Positions 47,432-57,582 of a stretch of DNA of 64,000 nt are shown one piece after another. The position numbers and the translations under genes are program-made. The DNA is from an uncultured virus (IMG/VR IMGVR_UViG_3300032293_002550) (Duplodnaviria; Heunggongvirae; Uroviricota; Caudoviricetes): IMG/VR virus record IMGVR_UViG_3300032293_002550; one strand, 5' to 3'. Below the pieces are notes generated by a model. The model had not been told where the DNA came from, searched no databases, and was given only the letters and a program-made list of their open reading frames with translations. Position 1 is the first letter of the stretch. Each line of letters starts with the position of its first letter.

Positions 47432-47979
47432 TTTTTCTTTTTATACATGTCAATCAGATCTCTGATCTTAGAAGCCAACTCGTAGTTCTCCTCTTCTAGA
47501 GCTTTGTCCAATTGTTTTTTCAGTCCGATTGTCTCTTCGCTCTCTGCTACTTCTTGCCCAGGTTCCATCACCATCTCTTTGGAAACAACAACCATTGGTG
47601 AAAATCTAACTTCTAAAATTGACTCTAAGATGGGAACATAGTCTGAGTCTCCACCTTCTATCTCATTACCATCTTCATCTATTTCTGGCATCTCCATTTC
47701 CCATTCTCCGTTAACCCAGGCGATGTTCCACGGTCCATAAACAAATTGTGTAATATCGTTTTCCACTATGTGATTCACTATAGCTTTAACCTCATCCTTG
47801 ATGTGATTTGTGCTTAATTTTTCGTTCTTGGCCAATTTTTTAATTCCTGGGATTTGTGTGGTTTCGTTACCAATGACTCTTCCAACTAGCTTGTAAAATT
47901 TGAAAATCAGATCCCAATCTACTGTATCTAATACCCTGTGAATTAATATCTTGTTTTTGTCTGAAATCACCATTAGCAT
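47428..47979 (-). CDS. Protein with a C-terminal UvrB/UvrC motif
   Basis: LKKQLDKALEEENYELASKIRDLI. Confidence 0.7.
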   Translation of the reverse strand: MLMVISDKNKILIHRVLDTVDWDLIFKFYKLVGRVIGNETTQIPGIKKLAKNEKLSTNHIKDEVKAIVNHIVENDITQFVYGPWNIAWVNGEWEMEMPEIDEDGNEIEGGDSDYVPILESILEVRFSPMVVVSKEMVMEPGQEVAESEETIGLKKQLDKALEEENYELASKIRDLIDMYKKKK

Positions 47980-47982
47980 TTA

Positions 47983-50900
47983 TTAATTTGTAGTCAAATC
48001 TGTTTGAACAGTTCCATTGTTATCTATGTAAAGAACATAAGAAGCTCCAGTAGTACCCATGACTTTCTTGGCATAACTTGCTGAATAAATGTAAGTGGAT
48101 GTCTCGAAATCCTCCCCATCGACACTATACAAATCTGTAAACTGAAATATTGTCGCTGTTGACTTCTTTCCTAAGTAACAGTTACTGAAATCCATAATAT
48201 CGGAATATTCCACTCTGGAGTAAAGGTAAGACCCAGATATTCGTGTCAAATTACTTCCAAGAATGTTTCGCGATGAGGTGATCGATTCACAAGCTGTAAT
48301 ATGCGTATTCGACAAAGATCCTTGTATGATAGCTTCCTGGAAATTCATTATTTTAGAATAATTTATTGTTCCAACTAAAATAACCTGAAACAAAAACTTG
48401 AAGTCAGAACTTGTGATTGTGGAGCCACTTGGTATTGTTTGTGTAAATATGTTGAAATAAGAGGACTGAAACCTAGCTCCTGATAAAGCAGTCGTAGCCG
48501 AGCCTAGTATGAGTGTATTCACGTTGGAATGTCCATCAAAGGATACATCAGTTACTTTCTTTCCTGCTGTTGCCTCCCCAACTATGATGTTGTTTGGTAT
48601 CTTTGATGAGTAGACAGGGGTGGATGTCCATGTCGACGTTTTTGACTGGGGGACAGCCAATGTAGCAATTGAAATGTTCGTTATATCGTCGAATTCGGTC
48701 ACATCAACGGATTTATAATCATTAAAGTCAGAAGTGTCTACTTGCACAGTAAACGTTGTGCCGTCTGGCAAGTTGATTACGTGGTTATATGGTTGAGCAA
48801 ACACGTACTCGGCACCGGCCTCGAATATCTTGATCCACCTTCCGTTGGATCCCGCAGAAGGATTCAAACTAGAGCTGGGATCTGCGATTAGACACAAGAA
48901 ATAATCAAGTGTTGAACCGGCTGTCACTATAGCTCCAACTGAATAAGAAACCAAACTTGTCCAAGTAGCAGTGTAAATCGCAGAATCCAATCTCCACCTT
49001 CTGAAAACGAATGCTCTCCAATCATAGTAAGCCTCTATATTTCTAGTGGTGTCTTTGCGATGAGTAATTCCCCCCTTGAATCCTGAAATGATTGTAGTAG
49101 GAGCTGCTGCAGTTGTGAAGGCTTCATCGTTGTAAAAACTAGCTGGATCAGGGTCCCAATAGATCAAATCTTGAGGATAGATGCTAGAAATAACTCTTTT
49201 ATCAATTGTAGTTGCACTTGTTGCAAGCACATAAATTGGTTCGGTTGTTCCTGTGTTGGTTGTGGGAGAGGCACACTCCAAAATGTAATGAGTGGTGGCG
49301 AAGTCATTGATCAAATACAAAGCCCCAGGGGTCAAAGTTCCTCCTGTCAGAGCTGCATAAAAAGTTGCATAACTCACAGACACTGTAGAGACCGATCCTG
49401 TTGGTCCAGTGGCACCAGCTGCTCCTGTTGGTCCTGTTGCCCCACCTCCAGTTGGACCAGTGGCTCCAGCAGAACCAGTTGGACCAGTTTCACCCGCTGC
49501 TCCTGTTGGTCCGGCAGGTCCTGCCGGACCTCCCCCAGGTCCAGTAGGACCAGTGATGCCGGATTGGCCAGTAGGTCCCATTTGCCCTAAAAGTGAAAGT
49601 ACTGAAATACCAGTGTCTCCTAATGTTACATTTACAGTTCCTACACCACCTGCATCATATTCAACTTTTACCCAATACTTGTCGTTTGCAGCGGAATCAA
49701 TAATTCCAGTCACTATAACAGTTTCGAAAGGGGCTTCGGACCCTGCTACATTCTCGATAGTTTTGAATGCTCTCAGATTTGCAACCTCTACTGGAGCAGA
49801 AACACTTCTCATCAATCTTGTAGTAATTAGAGAGGAAGCGTTCGCATCTGTGTTATCTAATCCAACTTTATAGCTCACAAAATATTTTCCAGCAACTAAA
49901 GTTTCGAAGTAAGTGCCTGTGATTCCAGAAGGGACATAATCTCCAGTTGCGAAGAATAAAGAATCAATTAAATTAGTGGTATCGAACTTCACCGGTAAAT
50001 TACCACCGGAAGATATGCTTTGTGAGATAGAATTATTAGAAAGATCTAAATAAGGCATCGTGCCAATAGATCCTGCTGCTCCGGTAGGTCCTACTGGTCC
50101 AGTTGGTCCTGTTGATCCTGCTCCAGTTGGGCCTGTGGCCCCGGTTGTTCCATTGGTTCCTGTTGCTCCTGTAACGCCATCACCAGTTGCCCCAGTTGTG
50201 CCTGTCAATCCCTTTAAATTGTAAGAGAGATTCCAAACACCTGACGAATAAACAAACACATTACCAGTTTGACCATCTAGATAAAGGTCGCCCGGATTCG
50301 CTGGGTTAAATGGAGCGCCAATACCAGATGTCCAATTTGTGCCAGTAGGACCTGTGGGACCCGTGGCTGCTGGTCCGGTTACTCCAGTGCTTCCTTTGGC
50401 ACCTGTTACACTGGCACCAGTTGCTCCTTTTGCTCCTGTCACACCTGCATCTCCTTTTGGTCCAGTGTTACCTACAGTCCCTTTTGGTCCTTGTGGACCT
50501 TGAGGTCCAGTTTCACCAGTCGGTCCTGCAATTCCTGTTGGTCCTGTTGGTCCTAATCCAGTAGGACCTGTTATTCCAACGCCAGTGGCACCCACTGGAC
50601 CAGTAGGCCCAGCATTTCCTGTTGCACCTTTTGCACCTGTGACACCAGCGGGACCACCACCAGGACCAGTTGGTCCGGTCGGACCTGCAGTACCGGTTAC
50701 GCCTGTGAATGAAACCCAAGTGCCAACACCATCAACACCACCGGCCATTGAGCCTGAAGTTGGACTGACTGGCAAAGGACCAGAAAGTACGACTGTGTCA
50801 CCATTTGCAGATGATCCTGCACCTGCTAAGGCTATAATCGTAACGGTATTGAGATTGTAAGAAGCTAAACAAGGACCTGTGGTGTTGGTCAATATGGCGT

Positions 50901-51492
50901 TAGTAAGCTCCTGAGCCGTGATTGTATTGTTGAATGTCCAAGAAGCTGTTCCAGCAGTTGTGCCATTATAAACAACACTTATGCTTTGTCCCGTTGTTCC
51001 TGTTGAATCAATCGTGAAAGAAAATGTTGCTTGAACTTCTCCATATTCGGTATATCCTTCAAAGTCGTCCCCAATGTATCTGACTTGACCAGGAAGTCCT
51101 GGCTGTAAAAGAGGATTGGGATAAGTTCTATCTAAAATTAATCTTAGTCTTCCTCCTGTATTTGCGTTCCCAACAATGGCGTGTCTTCCGATGAAAGCAT
51201 CGTTGGTGATGTTCAATCCATTTGCAAGAACTTCTCCATTACTTCCGTTTAATTGGATAGCAGTATTGCCTTGAATAGGAAGTCTTACCAAATTGGACTT
51301 CAGACTTCCGACATTGAGCTTTCCCGAAGGAAAGTTCATAGATCTTTCTTGGATAGAAATACCAAAAGCACCATTGATAAGTCTTAGTGCTTCATTTATC
51401 TGAGCAAAATTGGAGTTGGTTATCGAGTTATTAGCCCCTATGGTGTTCGAGGCCAATAATTGTTTGATACTGATTTGATTTAATTCCTGCAT
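47983..51492 (-). CDS. Collagen-like fibre protein (start reassigned to MQELNQ)
   Basis: Two G-X-T collagen blocks flanking a C1q/BclA-like globular segment; beta-helix-like C-terminus; GATATATA at 51511-51518. Confidence 0.8.
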   Translation of the reverse strand: MQELNQISIKQLLASNTIGANNSITNSNFAQINEALRLINGAFGISIQERSMNFPSGKLNVGSLKSNLVRLPIQGNTAIQLNGSNGEVLANGLNITNDAFIGRHAIVGNANTGGRLRLILDRTYPNPLLQPGLPGQVRYIGDDFEGYTEYGEVQATFSFTIDSTGTTGQSISVVYNGTTAGTASWTFNNTITAQELTNAILTNTTGPCLASYNLNTVTIIALAGAGSSANGDTVVLSGPLPVSPTSGSMAGGVDGVGTWVSFTGVTGTAGPTGPTGPGGGPAGVTGAKGATGNAGPTGPVGATGVGITGPTGLGPTGPTGIAGPTGETGPQGPQGPKGTVGNTGPKGDAGVTGAKGATGASVTGAKGSTGVTGPAATGPTGPTGTNWTSGIGAPFNPANPGDLYLDGQTGNVFVYSSGVWNLSYNLKGLTGTTGATGDGVTGATGTNGTTGATGPTGAGSTGPTGPVGPTGAAGSIGTMPYLDLSNNSISQSISSGGNLPVKFDTTNLIDSLFFATGDYVPSGITGTYFETLVAGKYFVSYKVGLDNTDANASSLITTRLMRSVSAPVEVANLRAFKTIENVAGSEAPFETVIVTGIIDSAANDKYWVKVEYDAGGVGTVNVTLGDTGISVLSLLGQMGPTGQSGITGPTGPGGGPAGPAGPTGAAGETGPTGSAGATGPTGGGATGPTGAAGATGPTGSVSTVSVSYATFYAALTGGTLTPGALYLINDFATTHYILECASPTTNTGTTEPIYVLATSATTIDKRVISSIYPQDLIYWDPDPASFYNDEAFTTAAAPTTIISGFKGGITHRKDTTRNIEAYYDWRAFVFRRWRLDSAIYTATWTSLVSYSVGAIVTAGSTLDYFLCLIADPSSSLNPSAGSNGRWIKIFEAGAEYVFAQPYNHVINLPDGTTFTVQVDTSDFNDYKSVDVTEFDDITNISIATLAVPQSKTSTWTSTPVYSSKIPNNIIVGEATAGKKVTDVSFDGHSNVNTLILGSATTALSGARFQSSYFNIFTQTIPSGSTITSSDFKFLFQVILVGTINYSKIMNFQEAIIQGSLSNTHITACESITSSRNILGSNLTRISGSYLYSRVEYSDIMDFSNCYLGKKSTATIFQFTDLYSVDGEDFETSTYIYSASYAKKVMGTTGASYVLYIDNNGTVQTDLTTN
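50070..50706 (-). repeat. Collagen Gly-X-Y repeats (GPT/GAT/GVT); a second block lies at about 49395-49586
   Basis: Translation shows long GPTGATG runs; boundaries approximate. Confidence 0.85.
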
Positions 51493-51537
51493 TCCGGAAG
51501 AAGTTTGGTGTATATATCCGGACTTCAACAGCCAACC

Positions 51538-51939
51538 TCAACTGAGGAGTGATTCTATCTCGTGGTAGAAAATTTTGAACTTTTCTGGAAAAAAATCGAT
51601 TATCTCGACCATTTCTCGATTAGAGATGCCATACTTAGTTTTAATAAATTCCATCACATCTTCTTTATACTTAGGATCACCCTTGGTTAGATTTGGTTTT
51701 TGTGTTTTAGTCCAAAGCCACTGTGGTGATTTTTTATTGTGATGAGTAATGAAAAGTTTCCAAAAATCTACGACTTTTTCAGGCTGAATTTTCAAATGGT
51801 TAAATGAATTTGCCTGTAAAGGATAAGCTATTCCACACAATCTGTTAACCATAAAGAAATTTCTTGCTTTGTCTCGATCTCTGACTTTGTGCCAATCAGA
51901 CGTGTAGAAAGACTTAATCAGTTCGAATGGATTTGTCAT
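51538..51939 (-). CDS. Possible clamp loader small subunit (gp62-like)
   Basis: FFMVNR, W..TK, KYGISNRE pattern; size and replication context fit. Confidence 0.45.
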   Translation of the reverse strand: MTNPFELIKSFYTSDWHKVRDRDKARNFFMVNRLCGIAYPLQANSFNHLKIQPEKVVDFWKLFITHHNKKSPQWLWTKTQKPNLTKGDPKYKEDVMEFIKTKYGISNREMVEIIDFFPEKFKIFYHEIESLLS

Positions 51940-53072
51940 CAGTTAAAAAAAGCAAAAGGATCGAAAGCTTGTGGAGTGTTTGAGTCATCGGACCAAGGTG
52001 ACTTTTCAATCATAGTCTTCTTGTCAATCAGGGGATTTCTGGCAGGAGATTGTGCATCTAACTTAGAGACATGTTCTCTTAACTTCAGAACCATATCTTC
52101 TGGAAGCGCTCTATGGTTGAGCCAAACAAGTTTTCCATTTTCCTCATAAAACTGTTTGAAGATCGCACGATTTTCCGAGTTATCCGTTTGGTTAATTAGT
52201 CTTAAAGACAAACCTGCAAGCCAAGTGAGGAATTCATCATTGTCCCAAAGTTCCTCCATTGATAAGCTTGACCAAGGAGATTGCACATATAAATTCCAAA
52301 TCTTTTGAGCTTTACCTTCAGCGATGTTGGAATTCTTTCCCCCTTTGTTGACATGGGGGAATACACCAGGAACATCGTCTTTCCTATCTCCCATTAAAAT
52401 CTTTTTGAAAACAAATTCTTTGGTGTCTATTTCTTCAATAGTGCAAGAGGAAATTAAATGTTTGAGCTTGTGATCGTTGGATCCAGAAGAGGGGGTAACA
52501 TCAAAAATTGTTGGTTCCTTTTCCTCCTCTAATCTCCAATTTTGTGGAACAGTAAACTTGTTGTTTTTTGACTGGCTGTTCCAAATACAAGTCCAGTTGC
52601 TATTCGATGCCCTAACCAATTGGTGCATATCTTTGTCACCAGTAATTACTATGATATCATCATCAGAATCTTTTAAATGTTCTGACCATGCCCAAATCAA
52701 GTCGTCGCCTTCCGCACCCCCACATGTACTATAAATATAACCATTCTCGGAAAGAAATTCTCCCAACTCTTCAAGCAACTTAAAAAAAGAACCCCAATCG
52801 ACACCTTCTGTTTTTACCCGGCTTTCCTTGTAAACACTTCGTGTAATTTGATAATCTTTCCTCCAGGATCGAGAATCCTTGCAAAAAATAACACGATGCA
52901 AGTCAGGAATTTGATTTAATGAATAACAGAGATCTGTCATAACCTTTCTAACGAACATGTTCCTGTCCCCCTCTGAGGAAAGAACATCCCCAGGGGACTT
53001 AGCTCCAAAACCTGAAAAAATACCAAACGTTTTATGGAAAATGTAGTTACTATCAATTATTGCTGTTATCAT
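51939..53072 (-). CDS. RNase H / 5'-3' exonuclease (T4 rnh-like)
   Basis: IIDSNY, DSRSWRKD, YKESR, AEGDDLI, TGDKDMHQL, ILMGDRKDDVPG. Confidence 0.88.
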   Translation of the reverse strand: MITAIIDSNYIFHKTFGIFSGFGAKSPGDVLSSEGDRNMFVRKVMTDLCYSLNQIPDLHRVIFCKDSRSWRKDYQITRSVYKESRVKTEGVDWGSFFKLLEELGEFLSENGYIYSTCGGAEGDDLIWAWSEHLKDSDDDIIVITGDKDMHQLVRASNSNWTCIWNSQSKNNKFTVPQNWRLEEEKEPTIFDVTPSSGSNDHKLKHLISSCTIEEIDTKEFVFKKILMGDRKDDVPGVFPHVNKGGKNSNIAEGKAQKIWNLYVQSPWSSLSMEELWDNDEFLTWLAGLSLRLINQTDNSENRAIFKQFYEENGKLVWLNHRALPEDMVLKLREHVSKLDAQSPARNPLIDKKTMIEKSPWSDDSNTPQAFDPFAFFN

Positions 53073-53540
53073 CTAAAAAATATTTGTTATCATAATATCA
53101 TACTCTGAAAATGCTGAAAAATCCCTCTCGTCAGCTGAAATCCTCCTATCTACAGTGTCTGCATCGCTTCTAGCAGAAAGTCTTTGTCTTCTCAGTTCAG
53201 CAGGGGGATTAAGGTAGATCACTAAAGAGTTTGTTTTATCCTCATCAGAGAGACCTGTCAGACCTGCTGGGCTAAGGATAAATAAATCTTTCATGATGAA
53301 TTCTTCCCTTGAAAGCCCATAAAACCAATCATTGAAAATCTGCACCTGAACAAACATCTCCTTGTTATCGAGAAAGAAATCCCTGTTTCTAAAGAAATAG
53401 TCTCTTCCCTCTTCCTCTTCTTTTCTTTGTGGTCTGGACGTATGGAGAACACCAAAGCTGAAACCTTTAGTTTCAAACTTCTTCCTTAGATAGTCTTTTC
53501 CTGATCCCCCCGGTCCAACTATGATAATTTTGTTTTGCAT
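53073..53540 (-). CDS. Guanylate kinase-like protein
   Basis: VGPGGSGKD, HTSRPQR..EEEGRDYFF, WFYG. Confidence 0.85.
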   Translation of the reverse strand: MQNKIIIVGPGGSGKDYLRKKFETKGFSFGVLHTSRPQRKEEEEGRDYFFRNRDFFLDNKEMFVQVQIFNDWFYGLSREEFIMKDLFILSPAGLTGLSDEDKTNSLVIYLNPPAELRRQRLSARSDADTVDRRISADERDFSAFSEYDIMITNIF

Positions 53541-53598
53541 CTAAAATTGTGTAGTTTACTACTCGTTGTATCTGTTTTCTGACTTAACGGGTAATTTG

Positions 53599-54552
53599 CT
53601 AGGCGTTCTTATTCGTTAACTGCTGTAATGTGTAAACAAGTGCTAGTAGACTCAGAACCGGATCAATAACAAGATTTCTCTCTGATTGGTATTTGGCAAC
53701 TGAAATGATTATTCCCGGAACCAATCCTATATTCTGTGGACGTTTTTCTTGAATCCATTTGATGAACTCCGTTCCAAGGGAGGACATGGCATCATCTATT
53801 TTCGAAGAATATTGTCCAACTATAAATTGGTAATTTTTGATTGGGTCACATTTCGAGAACACAAGTTCGAATAGTTCTTCGTCATCCCAGAGAACTTCGT
53901 TTATTTTGGATTCCGTCAGATCTGTTACCCCGTCAATATTCCACCTTTGGATTGTATTTAAAGCAGACCTCATGTCAGGAAAGTACTTCTTGGTAAAGAT
54001 CTCTAAATTCTTTTCTTCGTGTTCAATCCCTAAAGCACTTAGAATCTTGTCCACTCTCTCTTTCCATTGAGTTTTGATTTCTTGTTCTTCTGATTGACTC
54101 AATGGGTCGAAATCATAAAGTTCAAATCTTGAACGAATGGCTTCCGGGATTTTGTTAAGATAATTACAGGTGGCAACAAATCTAGTTCCCTTAGCGTACT
54201 TTTCGATTGTTCCTCTAAGAGCTTTATAAAATTGTTCAGACGCTCCATCGAACTCATCTAGCACCACAACTTTCATCTTGTTTTCCCCATCCATAATGGA
54301 AACTGTTGAACAAAAATCGTGGATCTTGGTTCTGATTGTGTCAACGGAACTCTCATCAGAAACATTGATGAACAAGCTCGGGTGGTTTCTGATTAGAATT
54401 TTGGCCATGCTCGTTTTGCCTGAACCTGGGGATCCAGATAGGAGAACGTTTTGTTGTAAGCCAGATTCAAAGGAGCTTTTGATCCTTTCTGGAAGGATCA
54501 TGTGTCTGAGCTCTTTCGGTCTTAGTTTTTCTGTTAAAAGTTCTTGTATCAT
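53599..54552 (-). CDS. Clamp loader AAA+ subunit (gp44/RFC-like)
   Basis: EKLRP, GSPGSGKTS, VVLDEFDG, ATCN, AIRSR, PDMRSALN. Confidence 0.92.
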   Translation of the reverse strand: MIQELLTEKLRPKELRHMILPERIKSSFESGLQQNVLLSGSPGSGKTSMAKILIRNHPSLFINVSDESSVDTIRTKIHDFCSTVSIMDGENKMKVVVLDEFDGASEQFYKALRGTIEKYAKGTRFVATCNYLNKIPEAIRSRFELYDFDPLSQSEEQEIKTQWKERVDKILSALGIEHEEKNLEIFTKKYFPDMRSALNTIQRWNIDGVTDLTESKINEVLWDDEELFELVFSKCDPIKNYQFIVGQYSSKIDDAMSSLGTEFIKWIQEKRPQNIGLVPGIIISVAKYQSERNLVIDPVLSLLALVYTLQQLTNKNA

Positions 54553-55871
54553 TTTAGTTTGTCTTTCAAATCGTCAGGTTGTGTTTTATCGTTCCTCATT
54601 TCAACAAATCGTGGCAAGAACAAAGACCAGTTTGAGTTCTTATCACTTATTATTACATTATACTGTACAGAACAGATTTTATTCATGTGGGAGTCAGGAT
54701 TTTCACTTAATTCTTTCAAATCATCATCGGTAAATCCTGAACCTATTTTCACTTTCAATTGTCCGGACAGATCCTCACAAATGAATCCACCAATTTGGCC
54801 TTCTCTTTTTCCTTCCCCTGGGTACCAACCCTTGATAACCAAATCACATTCGTTAACCTCCTTGAGTTTAATCCAATTCTTAGACCTCTTACATTCATAG
54901 ACGTGATCTGGATTTTTCAAAATAACTCCCTCACCACCACGGCTTACAATATGATTATAGTAGTCGTATATGAGTTCTTTTTCCCTAGCTATAAAAGATT
55001 CTGCCAGCACCACCAAAGATGTCGTACACGTATTAAAAACAGCTTCTAATGAGGCCCTTCTTAGGGAGAAAGGAATAACTCCTTTACCATTTTTAAGTGT
55101 TTCTGCATCTTCAAGATCAAAAACATTAAATAGAAGATCATTTCCTATTGAGTCTTGTGGTTTTCCTTTGAGCATTTGATTGACCTTTCCTGAAACAGTT
55201 TTGCGATTTGCATCTGTAAGTTCTCCGTCAAAAAACCAATCACCTTGTAAACCAGAGTGTTCTATAAGCTCCAAACACTCATCAGCAATTTTCTTTAAGT
55301 AGTGTGAGGGGATTTCATTAAATGCTCGTGTAAAAAATTTAACCTCCCTTCCTGATACGAAAGCTGCTATACGAACACCATCATACTTTTCCTCACAAAT
55401 GATTTGTGGCCAGTTGTTGATTTCGTCTTCGTCATCTTGGGCTAGCATCAGACTTGGATCAGGAATAAGCTCAATTCCTACCGCTTTGTTGATGAGTTTT
55501 GCTCCTATCCCAATGTTCAATCTCTTAGTCAAAATCTTACCTAGTAACTTCCTGTGTTCAAAAGGAAGATCTATACAGTTGACTAGTTCGAACGCTTCCT
55601 CACGAAATTTGTCATTTGGAGCTGGAGCCACGAATAGTCTGGAAGTAAGATCCTCGAACTTTTCGAAAGGATCGTAGTCGACAAGATAGGGGCTATGTTC
55701 GATAACCTCCAGTTTGTGAAGTTTAGTAGTTAGAAAGGGGTTGAGTGCAACTTTCAGAAAATAATCAAGGACCTGTCCTCGATTTCCTTTAATGAGTTCT
55801 TGTTTGAATTTTTGTGAGCCCTCACCAGTGGTTGACTCTACCTTAAGCAATACCTCTAATTCCTGTTTCAT
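54549..55871 (-). CDS. ATP-dependent DNA ligase
   Basis: EEKYDGVR, FDGEL, FNVFD, GEGVILK, WIKLK, GSGF, SLFLPRF. Confidence 0.95.
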   Translation of the reverse strand: MKQELEVLLKVESTTGEGSQKFKQELIKGNRGQVLDYFLKVALNPFLTTKLHKLEVIEHSPYLVDYDPFEKFEDLTSRLFVAPAPNDKFREEAFELVNCIDLPFEHRKLLGKILTKRLNIGIGAKLINKAVGIELIPDPSLMLAQDDEDEINNWPQIICEEKYDGVRIAAFVSGREVKFFTRAFNEIPSHYLKKIADECLELIEHSGLQGDWFFDGELTDANRKTVSGKVNQMLKGKPQDSIGNDLLFNVFDLEDAETLKNGKGVIPFSLRRASLEAVFNTCTTSLVVLAESFIAREKELIYDYYNHIVSRGGEGVILKNPDHVYECKRSKNWIKLKEVNECDLVIKGWYPGEGKREGQIGGFICEDLSGQLKVKIGSGFTDDDLKELSENPDSHMNKICSVQYNVIISDKNSNWSLFLPRFVEMRNDKTQPDDLKDKLK

Positions 55872-55938
55872 ATTTCTTGATTTGATACAAATGTAGAAAT
55901 TCCTACAGAATCAAAAAAATGAATTGAGATATTATTTG

Positions 55939-57579
55939 CTAAGCTGTCTCCTCTCCTCCTTCAGCAGGGGCTTCGGTTTCAGGAGTGGCCGCTGGTGCCT
56001 CTTCCTCTGCTCCTCCTTCTGGAGCTTCAGCAGGAGCCGATTCAACCTTCTCTGTTTGCTTATATTTTTTGTTAGCCATTATGTCTTCATATGAAAGACC
56101 CGACCATCTTTCAATTAAGAAGTCTTGGTCAAAATATTGTACCTCCTCTTCATTGACGGTTTCTTTGATTTCACCCAATGAATTAATAAAATCTATGTGC
56201 TTGAGTAGTTGCTCAATTTCTCTAGATTCACCAAACGTGTTGTCGCTTTCATATTTGATTCCTATTTGGCTTCTAAACTCTGAATCATTTTTTAAATTGG
56301 GAAAGTCCAAACACATCTGGATCCAAAGTGGCTTCACCATGATCTCTTGGAAAATAGATCTTAAACGAGTTATGAATTTGGCAAAACGCACTTCATCCCT
56401 TTCAGAACCATCGGCTGGTATTTTATAAGCTGCTGCAGAACCAGATCCCCATCTTGCTGAGAATCTATTATAGGGAATTTTAGAATCCATTCTGAGTTTA
56501 TTATAGAAATAAACTACAGAATCCATTATGTTGAGATTGGGACCTTGTGCATTGATCGTCTCTACCTTGGTTGATTCTCCCCCAGCTTGTGGAAAAAGAT
56601 AGTTCTTATAGAATTGCAAATCTGGTCTACCATTAATAGCAAGTTCTCCAGAACTTGTGTCTAGCTTAATATCTTCTTTATAAGCAGACATTAGCTCTCC
56701 CAATGTTTCCTTTGCCTTTTGTGGAGACTTGCTCCCTATTGGAACAGTCATCTTAATTCTATATTGGGAGTTCATCACATTCCAAATGATTCTAGAATGC
56801 TCCATGATTTTCAACAAGTTGTAAGATCGAACTAGTCTTTCACAATAAGATGTTCTAGCAACCGTGTTTGATTTAGCATAAGAAATGTAAATCAATTGAG
56901 CATCCAACAATTTTCTTTGTCTAGTTGTCTCTCCATAATACTGCCACCAGACACTCTCTCTGGTACCATCAGGTTTCTTTTCAACCGCAGGGGTCAAACT
57001 TGTTGCATCCAATTCTTTGAATCCAACTATATCCTTTCCATCACTAGAATATATGATTTCAAATGCCAGAAATCCTTCTACCAGAAGTTGTCTAAAGTAT
57101 TGCCAAGCTGTTAATCCGTTGGTGAAGTTGTGTAGGACGTAGAGCTTTCTGAAATTCTTTCTTAGAGCTTTCATGACCTCATCCTTCAAATCCATGTTCA
57201 TGGTTGCGGGATGACAAAAGAAGTTTTTCTCGTCATAAACTATCCCCTCGTCACAAAGAGTATCTAGAATGTATTCTATCTCGGAGTTGAGCGCAAAAGT
57301 TCTTAGAAAGTCCCTTCTTACAGGGTAGTCCTTATCAAAATAGGCAATGTATTTTCTGTTAGATGAATCTTGCGCTGCAATACTATAAATGAAATCCTCA
57401 TCATCTTGAGCGTATCCGAATCGTTCTCTCATGTTGGCTTCAGAAATACCGATTGCCATCGAATCCTGAATCACCATGTCCTTGTATTCCATTCCAAAGG
57501 ATCCCAATCCACTGATCGTTTTAATGATTCTTGAAACGTTGGGGTTGATTTTCCCTAAATTATCTATAAATCCTGCCAT
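55939..57579 (-). CDS. Portal vertex protein (gp20-like), copy 2
   Basis: EIEYILDTLCDE, SYCERL, LKIMEHSRIIW, YFYNKL, RDEVRFAKFITRLRSIF; acidic Ala/Pro/Glu tail. Confidence 0.88.
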   Translation of the reverse strand: MAGFIDNLGKINPNVSRIIKTISGLGSFGMEYKDMVIQDSMAIGISEANMRERFGYAQDDEDFIYSIAAQDSSNRKYIAYFDKDYPVRRDFLRTFALNSEIEYILDTLCDEGIVYDEKNFFCHPATMNMDLKDEVMKALRKNFRKLYVLHNFTNGLTAWQYFRQLLVEGFLAFEIIYSSDGKDIVGFKELDATSLTPAVEKKPDGTRESVWWQYYGETTRQRKLLDAQLIYISYAKSNTVARTSYCERLVRSYNLLKIMEHSRIIWNVMNSQYRIKMTVPIGSKSPQKAKETLGELMSAYKEDIKLDTSSGELAINGRPDLQFYKNYLFPQAGGESTKVETINAQGPNLNIMDSVVYFYNKLRMDSKIPYNRFSARWGSGSAAAYKIPADGSERDEVRFAKFITRLRSIFQEIMVKPLWIQMCLDFPNLKNDSEFRSQIGIKYESDNTFGESREIEQLLKHIDFINSLGEIKETVNEEEVQYFDQDFLIERWSGLSYEDIMANKKYKQTEKVESAPAEAPEGGAEEEAPAATPETEAPAEGGEETA

Positions 57580-57582
57580 CTT

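Noticed and set aside
49171..50860. Plus-strand Pro/Val/Gly ORFs over the fibre gene
   Set aside because: Antisense artefacts of the collagen repeats.
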